NCBI GenBank assembly: GCA_963804995.1
Contig: CAWDSK010000006.1
Coordinates: 1,856,001 to 1,920,000, forward strand
Direction of reading: 5' to 3'
DNA length: 64,000 bases
DNA from: an uncultured Acidobacteriota bacterium
Lineage (GTDB): Bacteria; Acidobacteriota; Terriglobia; UBA7540
Shown here: piece after piece, positions 10,458-19,793 of the stretch
Layout of the letters: every line of letters begins with the position of its first letter
Position numbering within the stretch: the stretch's first letter is position 1
Notes under the pieces: model-generated
Seen by the model: the letters and a program-made list of their open reading frames with translations, nothing else
The model's database searches: none
Told to the model about the DNA's origin: nothing
Made by a program: the position numbers and the translations under genes

Positions 10458-11423
10458 ATGCCCGGATTTGATCTGAAATTTTATCTCGACCGTTTCCCGG
10501 AAGTCTGCAAGCAGAAGTTTGGGCGCACCTATACGTTCCGCACCCTGGAGAAGAAATTCGAGCCGCTCTGCACGGGCAACCGCTGGCTGGCGGCCAAAGA
10601 CGTCCTCAACATTTTCGATCCTACCGCCACACCCTTTGGGCGTTATTGGCCCAAGCCCAATGAGAAGGAACTCGATCAAACCTTGAAGAAAGCGCGCCTG
10701 GTACTGGGTCCCGCGCCCCCTGACCCCCGCCACCTGGTGCGCAGCGCACTCGAGGTGCTGCACGGTATCGGCATTGTTTCACTCGTCCTGCGCTTCGTCC
10801 ATCCGGACCGCTTCGGCATCTTTTCCACCCCCATCATGAACCTGCTGCAGGTCCACCGCCCGCGCACCGTCGAGCTCTACATGGCCTATTGCGATGAGCT
10901 GCGCGCCTGGAAGGAACACTTTCGTCTGGAGTCCGTCGCCGACACGGAAACCGCCTTGTGGACGTACCACTCCCTGGTGTCAGATGAGACCCGCGCCAGC
11001 GAAGGTTCAAACTCGCTCGGTGGGTTTGACGCCGACGTGTGGGTCCAGCGCCGCCGCGCCGCCCAGGTCCTGCGCCCCTTCCTGCGCAACTACGGTCCGC
11101 TGGAACTGGCGCGCATCCTGGTGGAGGAAGAACCCAAGCTGGCCGGTAAGATTGCCGGGGAGGAATACGAGCGGCTGCTGCGCGTCGCGGCGCGCGAACT
11201 CTGCGGTGGCATGAACCTGAATGTGCGCGGCGCCATTGAAATCCTCTTCGACCGCCTGGAGGAGGATGGCTTCATTTCACTTGAAGACAAAACCCAGCTC
11301 GATAAAGCCTGGCGAATCCGCAACGCCGCCGTCCATGCCGGGCGCCCCCCTGACCCGGAACAAGTCGACAACATGATCGATACCATCGAGCGCATCTGCC
11401 GCCCCTGGGAAAAGGCCCGTTAA
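10458..11423 (+). CDS. Hypothetical protein: HhH-glycosylase-like N-terminal domain plus C-terminal HEPN (DUF4145-like) domain
   Basis: LHGIGIVSLVLRFVHPDRFGIF...Y..Y...LR...ETALW pattern; C-terminal helical domain with RNAAVH (Rx4H). Confidence 0.6.
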   Translation: MPGFDLKFYLDRFPEVCKQKFGRTYTFRTLEKKFEPLCTGNRWLAAKDVLNIFDPTATPFGRYWPKPNEKELDQTLKKARLVLGPAPPDPRHLVRSALEVLHGIGIVSLVLRFVHPDRFGIFSTPIMNLLQVHRPRTVELYMAYCDELRAWKEHFRLESVADTETALWTYHSLVSDETRASEGSNSLGGFDADVWVQRRRAAQVLRPFLRNYGPLELARILVEEEPKLAGKIAGEEYERLLRVAARELCGGMNLNVRGAIEILFDRLEEDGFISLEDKTQLDKAWRIRNAAVHAGRPPDPEQVDNMIDTIERICRPWEKAR

Positions 11424-11455
11424 GCGGCGCTCGGCGGGTGGGAAGGCGTGAGCCC

Positions 11456-11496
11456 GTAGCGCAGAGGTGGGCGTAGTTTGTCCTCCTCTGCGCTAC
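11456..11496. repeat. GTAG REP-like hairpin between convergent genes
   Basis: gtagcgcagagg ... cctctgcgctac. Confidence 0.7.
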
Positions 11497-11518
11497 CCCG
11501 CTGCCAAACAGGTCCACG

Positions 11519-11854
11519 CTACGCTGGCTGGTCGCCGCTCGCGACTTGCTCAAGGCGTTCGAGCGTGTCGGGATATCGGCGAACAAGGAGCACCAGCGCG
11601 GCAGCTTGGGGGTTGGGTTTGGCGCGGCCCTGCTCCCACTTTTCGAGGGTTCTCAGGTTGATGCGAAGTTGTCGGGCAAACACGGCTCGTGAGCAACCGA
11701 GTTTCTGCCGCGTGCCTCGAATGAGTTTTGCGTCAACTTTCGGAAGCGGCGCCGGTTCTGCTTTGAAGCTGCGCAGGGTCAGCTTGCCTTGGCGATGGCC
11801 CTTCATTGCCGTCATGCCTTCCATCAACTCGCCAAAAAGGTCTCGCTTGGTCAT
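11519..11854 (-). CDS. higA: HigA-type HTH (Xre) antitoxin
   Basis: SRAVFARQLRINLRTLEKWEQGRAKP HTH; overlaps the toxin stop codon. Confidence 0.85.
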   Translation of the reverse strand: MTKRDLFGELMEGMTAMKGHRQGKLTLRSFKAEPAPLPKVDAKLIRGTRQKLGCSRAVFARQLRINLRTLEKWEQGRAKPNPQAAALVLLVRRYPDTLERLEQVASGDQPA

Positions 11855-12228
11855 TGTCGTATTCTCCTCGTTCTTCGATTTCCCTCTTTCCGACTGGTTT
11901 CCCGTGCCTCCAGCTCAGCTTCAATGGCAGCCTTCAAAGCTTTCTTCTCTTTCGGCAAGAGGTCTGAGGCCTCGTTCTTGTCGAATAACGTCATCAACCA
12001 GATCTGATGGTCTCGCGCGAACCGGTAATAGATAATCCGCAAGCCACCCCGGCGGCCTTTGCCACGCCTCGGGTCGGCCCAACGCATTTTTCGGAACCCG
12101 CCAGTGCCCGGCATCGCATCCCCCGCCTGGGGATTGCGGGCAAGCTCGTTTTGCAATGCCTCGTACCCCTCATCGTTGAGGTATTGCGAAAAATGACGGG
12201 TGAATGCCGGGCTTTCGATAAATTCCAT
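11851..12228 (-). CDS. higB: RelE/HigB2-type toxin
   Basis: FIESPAF, NPQAGDAMPGTGGFRKMRW, GKGRRGGLRIIYY. Confidence 0.88.
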   Translation of the reverse strand: MEFIESPAFTRHFSQYLNDEGYEALQNELARNPQAGDAMPGTGGFRKMRWADPRRGKGRRGGLRIIYYRFARDHQIWLMTLFDKNEASDLLPKEKKALKAAIEAELEARETSRKEGNRRTRRIRQ

Positions 12229-12239
12229 TCCTCACTATC

Positions 12240-12256
12240 ATACGCCATTGGCGTAT
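12240..12256. promoter_or_regulatory. Palindromic operator upstream of higBA
   Basis: atacgcca-t-tggcgtat inverted repeat 12 nt upstream of the toxin start. Confidence 0.6.
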
Positions 12257-12309
12257 ACATGTACAGAGGGGGGCGCCCCCCCTTGGCTATTGGCTTTCAG
12301 CCCATGTCG

Positions 12310-12325
12310 TGATATCGTGATATCA
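12310..12325. promoter_or_regulatory. Putative FitA/VapB operator
   Basis: tgatatcg-tgatatca tandem palindromic boxes just before the AGGAGG RBS. Confidence 0.5.
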
Positions 12326-12338
12326 GGAGGCAGGTTCC

Positions 12339-12584
12339 GTGGCGCAATTTGTAGTTCGCAACATCGAGTTAGAGGTCAAGCGACGATTACAGCGCCGTGC
12401 CCAGCGGCAGGGCCGAAGCATGGAAGAAGAAGTCCGCGACATTCTGCGCGATGCTGCCAAGGAAGAAGCCCCTCGCGCCCGCGGACTGGGAACCGAAATC
12501 GCCTCCTTGTTTAGGAAGGTCGGTCTGGACGCGGATATTCCTGAACTTCGTGGACATGGGATCAAACCCGCCTCCTTTGATTGA
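12339..12584 (+). CDS. vapB: Ribbon-helix-helix (FitA/VapB-like) antitoxin
   Basis: AQFVVRNIE...LQRRAQRQGRSMEEEVRDIL. Confidence 0.85.
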   Translation: MAQFVVRNIELEVKRRLQRRAQRQGRSMEEEVRDILRDAAKEEAPRARGLGTEIASLFRKVGLDADIPELRGHGIKPASFD

Positions 12585-13006
12585 TGATTATCCTCGACAC
12601 CAACGTGCTTTCGGCGCTGATGAGCCGAACACCCGACAAACAGGTAATCGCTTGGCTGGACAGACAGCCGAGGACATCCGTTTGGACAACCTCTGTGACT
12701 GTTCTTGAAATTCGGTTTGGATTGCAGACGATGACGGTGGGAAAGCGACGCGCAGTCTTGATGGAAGCCTTTGAAACCGTCCTGGCCGACAAGATCGATC
12801 GGCGGATTGCTCCCTTCGATGCGGCGGCTGCTCAACAAGCCGGCGACCTCATGGCTACCCGTTGCAAAAAAGGACGCCCCGGCGATCTAAGGGATACGAT
12901 GATCGCAGGTATCGTACTTGCCTGCCAGGCTACGCTCGCCACGCGCAATACATCGCACTTTGAAGACCTCTCCGTTCCCATCATCAATCCCTGGGCAAGT
13001 GCGTAA
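12584..13006 (+). CDS. vapC: PIN-domain toxin (VapC/FitB)
   Basis: IILDTNVLS, EIRFG, DTMIAG, LATRNTSHF. Confidence 0.9.
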   Translation: MIILDTNVLSALMSRTPDKQVIAWLDRQPRTSVWTTSVTVLEIRFGLQTMTVGKRRAVLMEAFETVLADKIDRRIAPFDAAAAQQAGDLMATRCKKGRPGDLRDTMIAGIVLACQATLATRNTSHFEDLSVPIINPWASA

Positions 13007-13077
13007 CGCAGGCTTTTTCTTCGGCTCTGGGGCCGGTAACCCAGAGCGGCAGAGCCGCAACCAAACGGGAATCATAG

Positions 13078-13149
13078 CCCTCTCCTCAGGGGAGAGGGTG
13101 GACCGCCGCCGGTGTCTTCGTCAGCCGGGGCGGGACGGGTGAGGGGTCA
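13078..13149. repeat. CCCTCTCC..GGGAGAGGG..GGGTGAGGGG palindromic repeat family (further copies ~22400-22471, 42470-42540; partial near 41620 and 41815)
   Basis: Near-identical copies seen directly. Confidence 0.8.
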
Positions 13150-13227
13150 ATTCGCCACCTGACGAGCGGACCTCCTGCCACTTATGGAACCGGCAACACC
13201 CTCTTTCGTTGGGTTACGGCCGCGCCC

Positions 13228-13327
13228 CCTACTTTTCTTCCTCATCCGGCACGCCCAGCTTCGACAGGCGGTAGCGCAGGGCGTTGCGCGAAAGCCCCAG
13301 CAGGCGGGCCGCCTGGCTCTTGTTGCC
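13228..13327 (-). repeat. Exact 100-bp copy of the 3' end of the NtrC-type regulator gene (13933-14032)
   Basis: cctacttttcttcctcatcc...ggctcttgttgcc is identical in both places. Confidence 0.95.
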
Positions 13328-13353
13328 GCCGGCGCGTGGCATGACGTTGCATC

Positions 13354-13593
13354 CTAGATCAGGTCTGCAAATTCCTGTTCTGTCAGGCCCGCCTGTTTCA
13401 GGATCCGGCGAAGCAGCAACGGAGGGATGTCTTTGGAGTGAATCGGAACCGTAACACGCAATTCAGGTTTGGTCCGATGAAGCAATCGCGCATGGCTGCC
13501 CACCTGATGGTGAATATAGAAACCAGCGTGCTGCAAGGCACGCACTACTTCTTTGGCTTTGAGGACGGGAAGCTTATAGGGCATGCGGCTCAC
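13354..13593 (-). CDS. hicA: HicA family toxin
   Basis: GFYIHHQVGSHARL, VTVPIH, ILKQAGL. Confidence 0.9.
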   Translation of the reverse strand: MSRMPYKLPVLKAKEVVRALQHAGFYIHHQVGSHARLLHRTKPELRVTVPIHSKDIPPLLLRRILKQAGLTEQEFADLI

Positions 13594-13868
13594 GCCACCG
13601 AAACTGCGATGTGTTCGGTAGCCGCTTCGACATCTTCAGGGATGGGTTCGCCAGTCTTGAGGGCACTCTCCAGAAAGCAGCGCAGGGCGTCCTTCGCCAT
13701 GCGCCGCGCCTCCAAGAGGGTTTCGCCAAACGTGCAGATCTCGGGAATCGCAGGAACTACGACGTTGTAACCGCCTTCCGGCATGCGTTGATATATGACG
13801 GTGTAACCGTACTCTTTCCCGCCGTGCTTCTTGCGAGTTGTGAGTGAACCGGCGGAACTCATCCGCAT
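13590..13868 (-). CDS. hicB: HicB family antitoxin (short, no DNA-binding domain)
   Basis: YTVIY...EGGYNVVVPAIPEICTFGETLLEARRMAKDAL. Confidence 0.88.
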   Translation of the reverse strand: MRMSSAGSLTTRKKHGGKEYGYTVIYQRMPEGGYNVVVPAIPEICTFGETLLEARRMAKDALRCFLESALKTGEPIPEDVEAATEHIAVSVA

Positions 13869-13933
13869 AGTATATCACCTCCCCGCCTATCCTGACTCTG
13901 CGGGGATTCGCACCAGCGCTCGCAGCTCTCCAC

Positions 13934-15310
13934 CTACTTTTCTTCCTCATCCGGCACGCCCAGCTTCGACAGGCGGTAGCGCAGGGCGTTGCGCGAAAGC
14001 CCCAGCAGGCGGGCCGCCTGGCTCTTGTTGCCTGCCGCGCGATGCAGGGCTTCGCGGATGATTTCATCTTCGAATTGCTCGAGCGTCATGCCTTCCGGCG
14101 GGAACGGTACGGACCCGCCCACAGGAGCGCCCGCTGCACCCGGGGCGGAACTATCCAGACGGATATCCACAACATCGATAACCGTACCGGTGGAAAGGGC
14201 CACGGCGCGCTCGATGATATTTTCAAGCTCGCGCACGTTGCCGGGCCAGTGGAAGTCTGTGAGCAGTTTGAGAGCCGCCGGAGTGATGCTGGTCAGGGGC
14301 TTGCCGGCCTCCTTCGCGAAGCGCGCAATGAAATAATCCACAAGATATGGAATCTCTTCTTTGCGCTCGCGCAGGGGCGGAATGTTGATAGGCACCACGT
14401 TCAGCCGGTAGTAAAGGTCCTGGCGAAACGTTCCCTGCTCGAGCGCCGCGCGCAGGTCCTGATTGGTCGCAGCGATGACCCGCACATCCACCTTGAGGGT
14501 CTTGGTCCCGCCCAGGCGCTCGAACTCGCGGTCCTGAAGCACGTGCAGCAGTTTGACCTGGATCGGCCCCGGCACATCGCCAATTTCATCGAGAAAGATC
14601 GTGCCCTTGTCGGCAAGTTCAAACCGGCCCGGTTTCGAAGTGTTCGCCCCCGTGAAGGCGCCCCTCTCGTAACCGAACAATTCGCTTTCCAGCAGATTCT
14701 CCGGAATCGCCGTGCAATTGATCTTGATGAAAGGCCCCGCCGCGCGCCGGGAGTGCTCGTGGATGGCGCGAGCGATCAGGTCCTTGCCCACGCCGCTCTC
14801 ACCGCCCAGCAGCACGGTGGAATTGGTGGGCGCCACCTGCTCGACCGTGGCCAGAACTTCCTGCATCTTGGGGTTGCGCGCCACGATGTTTCGAAACTGG
14901 TAGCGCTGGCCCAGCGCCTCGCGCAGCGAGCGATTCTCCTCGCGCAGACTCCGGACATCCAATTCCTTCCGGATGATGAGTTTCATCTCCTCCATCGAGA
15001 AGGGTTTCAGCACGTAGTCACTGGCGCCGGCCTTCATGGCCTCAACCGCGGTTTCGACCGTGCCGAACGCCGTCATCAAGACGATGGGAATCGTCGCGTT
15101 CGCGCGCTTCACGGCCTGTAGGAATTCCAGACCATTCATGCCCGGCAGTTTCAGGTCAGTGACAATCAGATCGATCTTTTCCTGGCGCAGCGTGCTGAGG
15201 CCGGCTTCGGCGTTGGCGGCCGTGTGAATCGTGTAGCCATCCTCGGCAAGATTCAGCTCCAGCAGGCGCCGCATCTTTGCTTCGTCTTCAACAATCAGTA
15301 GATTGGGCAT
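13934..15310 (-). CDS. Sigma54-dependent response regulator (NtrC/AtoC family)
   Basis: REC domain, [22 protein letters not shown], Fis-type HTH. Confidence 0.95.
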   Translation of the reverse strand: MPNLLIVEDEAKMRRLLELNLAEDGYTIHTAANAEAGLSTLRQEKIDLIVTDLKLPGMNGLEFLQAVKRANATIPIVLMTAFGTVETAVEAMKAGASDYVLKPFSMEEMKLIIRKELDVRSLREENRSLREALGQRYQFRNIVARNPKMQEVLATVEQVAPTNSTVLLGGESGVGKDLIARAIHEHSRRAAGPFIKINCTAIPENLLESELFGYERGAFTGANTSKPGRFELADKGTIFLDEIGDVPGPIQVKLLHVLQDREFERLGGTKTLKVDVRVIAATNQDLRAALEQGTFRQDLYYRLNVVPINIPPLRERKEEIPYLVDYFIARFAKEAGKPLTSITPAALKLLTDFHWPGNVRELENIIERAVALSTGTVIDVVDIRLDSSAPGAAGAPVGGSVPFPPEGMTLEQFEDEIIREALHRAAGNKSQAARLLGLSRNALRYRLSKLGVPDEEEK

Positions 15311-15358
15311 GAGTTAGGGGCCGGGATTAGGGATTAGGGGCTGGGGATTAGGGCCTAG

Positions 15359-15478
15359 CAGGCTGCTGAAAAAACCTTCCCGTGCGACGTAGCGGCGGGT
15401 TTACCCCGCCATTTCTCGAACGATCTCAACAGCGGATGGCGGGGTAAACCCGCCGCTACGTCATTTTTCATCAGCCTG
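15359..15478. mobile_element. MITE with IS-like terminal inverted repeats, flanked by CTAG, enclosing a GTAG REP doublet
   Basis: ctag|caggctgctgaaaaa ... tttttcatcagcctg|ctag; internal gtagcggcgggtttaccccgccat / atggcggggtaaacccgccgctac. Confidence 0.75.
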
Positions 15479-15544
15479 CTAGGAATTAGGGCTGGCACGA
15501 GGCACTGTCGCCAGCGCCCCACGCCTAATCCCAAACCCCAATCT

Positions 15545-16519
15545 TTAAGCCAATTCGCCTGCGTAAATCTTCATGATCGTCTCCAGGAACCTGAGCGCGT
15601 GTTCCTTGGGACGTTGGAAAGAGTTGCGGCCGATGATCGACCCGAACCCGCCGCCGTCGCGGATGGCACGGGCTTCGTCGAACACGCCCTCGTCGTTTTC
15701 CTTCTTGGGTCCGCCGGAGAAGATCACAATGCGATGGCCGTCAAAGGCGGCCTGCACCACGTGCTTGACGCGCTCGGCCAGCGTCGCGCGCGGAACGTTA
15801 ACGCTCTCGTACACTTTCTTGGCGGCGCTCTGCTCCAGGAAATCCGTGGGCAGCTTCACCTTGATCACGTGCGCGCCCAGCTCCGCCGCAATGTGCGCGG
15901 CGTAAGCGGCCACGTCAAGCGCCGTCTCGCCCTCCTTCGAAAGGCTCGTGCCGCGCGGATACGACCACACTACCACGGCCAGCCCGCAAGCCTTCGCTTC
16001 TTCGGCGGCCTCGCGCAGTTGTTCGTACATGGTCTGGGCGTGCGCCGAACCCGGATAAATCGTGAACCCGACGGCCACACAACCCAGGCGCAGCGCGTCG
16101 CCCACACTGGCAGTCACGGCGGGAATGGGATCCTTCTCGTCGTGCAACGTGTCGTGGTTGTTCATCTTCAGGATCAGCGGGATTTCACCAGCATGCCGGG
16201 CGGCGGCAGCTTCAATAAATCCCAGGGGCGCCGCATACGCATTGCAGCCTGCGGCCAACGCCAGCTCGAAATGATAATTGGGATCATAACCGGCGGGGTT
16301 GACGGCAAAGCTGCGCGCCGGGCCGTGCTCAAAACCCTGGTCGACCGGCAGAATCACGAACTTCCCCGTGCCCGCCAATCGGCCTGAGTTCATCAGACGC
16401 GCCAGGTTGGTCTTGACTCCGGGGTTATCACTTTCATACCAGCTTAAGATTTCCCGAACGCGGTCGGTATTGCGCCGGGCTTGCTCTCCCACGGTTGCTA
16501 CGGTCTTCACAACTGCCAT
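15545..16519 (-). CDS. fbaB: Class I fructose-bisphosphate aldolase (DhnA/FbaB type)
   Basis: ILPVDQGFEHGP, VVWSYPRG, AHVIKVK, GSIIGRN. Confidence 0.9.
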   Translation of the reverse strand: MAVVKTVATVGEQARRNTDRVREILSWYESDNPGVKTNLARLMNSGRLAGTGKFVILPVDQGFEHGPARSFAVNPAGYDPNYHFELALAAGCNAYAAPLGFIEAAAARHAGEIPLILKMNNHDTLHDEKDPIPAVTASVGDALRLGCVAVGFTIYPGSAHAQTMYEQLREAAEEAKACGLAVVVWSYPRGTSLSKEGETALDVAAYAAHIAAELGAHVIKVKLPTDFLEQSAAKKVYESVNVPRATLAERVKHVVQAAFDGHRIVIFSGGPKKENDEGVFDEARAIRDGGGFGSIIGRNSFQRPKEHALRFLETIMKIYAGELA

Positions 16520-16613
16520 ATTCACTGCCTCCAGCTTGATACCCAAATATTTGAGCCCGGGTATTAATTATCGGTTGGGGGAAAGAGTCACGCAAGGATA
16601 AATTTGATTGGGC

Positions 16614-16725
16614 CACCTTGGAGTGCGGTCGCAGCAGCTACCGCCTTCCGCCTTGGGCTCATACGGCAAATGCGCAACTTGCCAAGGAAGAATAGCGGTA
16701 GCTGCTGCGACCGCACTCCAAGGTG
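16614..16725. repeat. Long palindromic REP-like element
   Basis: caccttggagtgcggtcgcagcagctaccgc ... gcggtagctgctgcgaccgcactccaaggtg. Confidence 0.8.
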
Positions 16726-16737
16726 CCACGGGCGTCT

Positions 16738-16886
16738 GAAGCTGTGAAGAAATCCCTGAACGAGCCAAAGCATCTCGCGCAGAGACGCAGAGGCGCGGAG
16801 GCCACATAGAAAACAGATCAGTTATTTGCTTAAAATCTCTGCGCCTCAGCGGCTCTGCGCGAGATTGCCTATTTCTTCACAGCTTC
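16738..16886. mobile_element. MITE-like element; related copy in opposite orientation at 34707-34861
   Basis: gaagctgtgaagaaat ... atttcttcacagcttc terminal repeats; internal cgcagagacgcagag/ctctgcg palindrome. Confidence 0.7.
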
Positions 16887-17104
16887 TCCCGCCCGCGTCC
16901 CGTCACGGCCAAGACCCCGATGGATCGGGGCAGGTCGGCCGTGGCACATCAGAATGAGTCACTGCCAATTGGCGGGGTAATAGCGCTACCCCGGATTTCT
17001 CACGACTGGTATGGAAGGGCCGCCCCCCATGCCCTCTGTGCAGGGCTGTTCCTCCGCAATATCAAATGGCCAGCGCCGCTGGCCCTTACACCTGACGCGG
17101 CGCC

Positions 17105-17449
17105 TCAGGCGGCGCTGCGGCGGAAGACGGGATGGCCTTGGTGAATCTGGGGGTGCGCGGGGGTGGTTTTCCGGTAAATGAAGACGATTTTGCCGGGTTC
17201 GGGGGCGTCTTCGAGATCGAGTTCGAGGCCGCAGTCATTTACAAAGTGGTCGCGAATGGCTTGGGCGGCGCCGGGGGTGAAGGCTTCGCGGTAGATAAGG
17301 CCGTCACCCAGGTCAGCGACAAGGTGGTTTTGGAAGAACGGTCCGCGAGGGTCTTTGGCTGTGCCTATGCACCACTCGCCCAACCCGCCGCCGAATTTCT
17401 GAATGTGTCCTTTGATCTCCGCAATGATTTCGTCGCGATTCGTGGGCAT
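17105..17449 (-). CDS. Small hypothetical protein
   Basis: MPTNRDEIIAEIKGHIQKFGG...WCIGTAKDPR...VFIYRK; GGAGG-like RBS upstream. Confidence 0.6.
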   Translation of the reverse strand: MPTNRDEIIAEIKGHIQKFGGGLGEWCIGTAKDPRGPFFQNHLVADLGDGLIYREAFTPGAAQAIRDHFVNDCGLELDLEDAPEPGKIVFIYRKTTPAHPQIHQGHPVFRRSAA

Positions 17450-17616
17450 GGTTGCAGTCCTCCTCTCTTCCCTGTTCCCTATCCCCCGTTCCCTATTCCC
17501 TGTCTCCTGTTCCCTATATTGCCGCCTCAGGTGGCAAAGCCGTCTGTTAATAATACAGTGGATGTTTATCATATTAAGAACCGCGGAGTCTGAAAGCCAG
17601 AGGCTCTGCGCTGCTG

Positions 17617-18069
17617 CTAGGCATGAGACCCACGCGGTGCCTTCGCCCCCATCCATGCAAAGAGGGGCTCAATATCGATTCCGAACGTATTCTTGACATC
17701 ATGTCTGAGGGTGAAATAGAAGCTGTCCAAAGCAGCCTGGATTTCGAATAGGTTGAGGGCACCGGAACTCTCCTCCTTTCGCCATGCGGACCCCACGACC
17801 CAGCCAGCTTCCGCGCGCTTTATCCAGACAAGACCCTTTTGTTCGGCTTCCATGCTCGTGTACATGAAGTCGTGTTGAGTAAACCGAACAGATGATGACC
17901 AGATCTGCGCATCAACCGCGAATTCAACCACAGGGAAATATGGCTGCGAGAAGATCTCGCGCCCGGAGACTTCTATGAGGAAATCCGCCTCTATCCCCAG
18001 ACAAATCTCCCAAGGTTCAGTGAGGCTCGGGCGCCCACGCGAGAGATTGCTATAACTAAAGGCTATCAT
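17617..18069 (-). CDS. Putative immunity protein of the Rhs toxin
   Basis: ATGA overlap with the Rhs stop codon; small acidic/aromatic protein. Confidence 0.65.
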   Translation of the reverse strand: MIAFSYSNLSRGRPSLTEPWEICLGIEADFLIEVSGREIFSQPYFPVVEFAVDAQIWSSSVRFTQHDFMYTSMEAEQKGLVWIKRAEAGWVVGSAWRKEESSGALNLFEIQAALDSFYFTLRHDVKNTFGIDIEPLFAWMGAKAPRGSHA

Positions 18070-19793
18070 TTCACTGGGTATGCTGTCCATATCTGCCCAT
18101 TGTTACCAACAACAACTTTGACGGCGGTCTCGCCCGCAGTTCCGATTTGCTTTCCTAGGTCGGTAACCACTACAAATGAGTTTGGCTTATTGTTGGGGAG
18201 AAAAGCTGCGTCCGGGGATGTGAGAGCTTGCCGAATGGCTTGCTGGATGTCAACGCCACTGGCAAACTTGGCGTAGCCCCCTGCAGCGCCGGGGAAATGC
18301 TTTGCACTGACAACAAAATTAGAAGCGTTGTCTGCGGCCTCGAACGCCGTGGCGGAGGCATTCTCAAGCGCGCTAGAACCAGGGCCAATCAGGTTGCGTC
18401 CTACATTCAATGCTGCCCCGAATACCAAGCCGAATGCAGCGTTTTTGAAATAAGCAGCCCCCATTTGTCCAGCCCCTGACAGGTTGCCGTTGACCATAAA
18501 ATTGCTAAAGCCCACGAACCACTGACCTGCGAAGTCCCAGAAGCCGACCTGCGTGTTGGGAACACTTGCGGTCACGGTGATCGAGGGCGTATTGTTTTGC
18601 TCAGGTGAAAATGCCTCCTCGCAGGTCTGGCCACCGCTATTATCGTCGAACCAATCCCCCTTGCTGCCCTGCACGCAGGCCAAGCCGTCAGGGTCGACAT
18701 TTGTCGTCGGATTATTCCGGACATATGCGTACCCATTCCAGGCCCGCGGGTCGCTCGGGTCGGCGCCGGCGTTGTCCGGGTCGGGGGTCATAAAGCGTCC
18801 GATGCTGGAGGCGTTGTACCGTGCTCCGAAGTAGCCGAGGCTGGTTTCGGCGTCACGTTCTTTGCCAGTGAATTTATAGTTGTTGCCGCTGCCGGAGGCG
18901 ACACAATTGTCCCAGCCAAACGGGTAGTAGTCGCAATCGTCCAGCACGTTCCCAGCCGAGTTGGTGACCACTCGTGAAGAGCCAAGCTGGTCAGCAAGGT
19001 AGTAATCTACATTCCCCGCCGCATCCCGCCGCGCTACGCGCTTGCCGCCAAAGAAAACATACTCGTCCGTAATGTTCCCGGAAGCGTCGCTTTCCGCCAG
19101 CACGTCGCCGTTCGCCCCGTACCAGTAGAGTTTGCCGTTGGATTTCTGGACGCGCTTGCCGTCGCCATCGTAGGTGTAAGTGTAAGCGCCCGCCAAGGCC
19201 GAAACTATTTGGCCCTCGGCGTTGTAAACGTAGCTGTGGGGATTGTTGCAAGTGCCGGGATCGAGCAGGTTGCCCGCCGCATCGTAGCAGTAGCCCACAA
19301 TCCGATTCTGGGCGTTGGCGGTCAGGCTGAAGCTCGGCGCGGCCCCCTGCGTCAAGTTGGTGTTAAGTAGATTGCCCCAGGGGTCGTAGCCAAACGCCTG
19401 ACCCCAGGCCGTCTGCCCCGTGGTCGCTTGCGTCCTGGCCAGCGTGATGCGGTTCAGGGCATCGTAGGCGAAAAACTGCGACCGAGTACTGTCCCGCCCA
19501 TTGAGAATGGCCATCACGTTACCATTATCCGCCGTCCCCAGGCCAAAGTCATAGTCAAGATCCAGCAGGTCCGTCCCCCCGGCCGAGGCGGCTTGAATCC
19601 TTGCCGGCTGCAAGCGGGAGTTGTAGGCTTGGCTCAGAACGACGTTGCCTCCTCCGAACGCCAGTCCCGTCAACGCCCCCTGGGGAGCATAGGTGGCGCT
19701 AGCCGCGTAGGTGGTGGCGCCGTCCGTGACGGACAGAGGAAGCTCCGCGCCTCCGATCTGATAGGTCATCACTCGGCCGCTGGGATAAGTCAG
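18066..19793 (-). CDS. 5'-truncated Rhs/YD-repeat protein with Rhs core and C-terminal toxin domain
   Basis: YD repeats, YKFTGKERDAET..YFGARY, NPTTNVDPDG cleavage motif, toxin-like tail ending GQIWTAYPVK; N-terminus missing at the intron boundary. Confidence 0.88.
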   Translation of the reverse strand: MTYPSGRVMTYQIGGAELPLSVTDGATTYAASATYAPQGALTGLAFGGGNVVLSQAYNSRLQPARIQAASAGGTDLLDLDYDFGLGTADNGNVMAILNGRDSTRSQFFAYDALNRITLARTQATTGQTAWGQAFGYDPWGNLLNTNLTQGAAPSFSLTANAQNRIVGYCYDAAGNLLDPGTCNNPHSYVYNAEGQIVSALAGAYTYTYDGDGKRVQKSNGKLYWYGANGDVLAESDASGNITDEYVFFGGKRVARRDAAGNVDYYLADQLGSSRVVTNSAGNVLDDCDYYPFGWDNCVASGSGNNYKFTGKERDAETSLGYFGARYNASSIGRFMTPDPDNAGADPSDPRAWNGYAYVRNNPTTNVDPDGLACVQGSKGDWFDDNSGGQTCEEAFSPEQNNTPSITVTASVPNTQVGFWDFAGQWFVGFSNFMVNGNLSGAGQMGAAYFKNAAFGLVFGAALNVGRNLIGPGSSALENASATAFEAADNASNFVVSAKHFPGAAGGYAKFASGVDIQQAIRQALTSPDAAFLPNNKPNSFVVVTDLGKQIGTAGETAVKVVVGNNGQIWTAYPVK

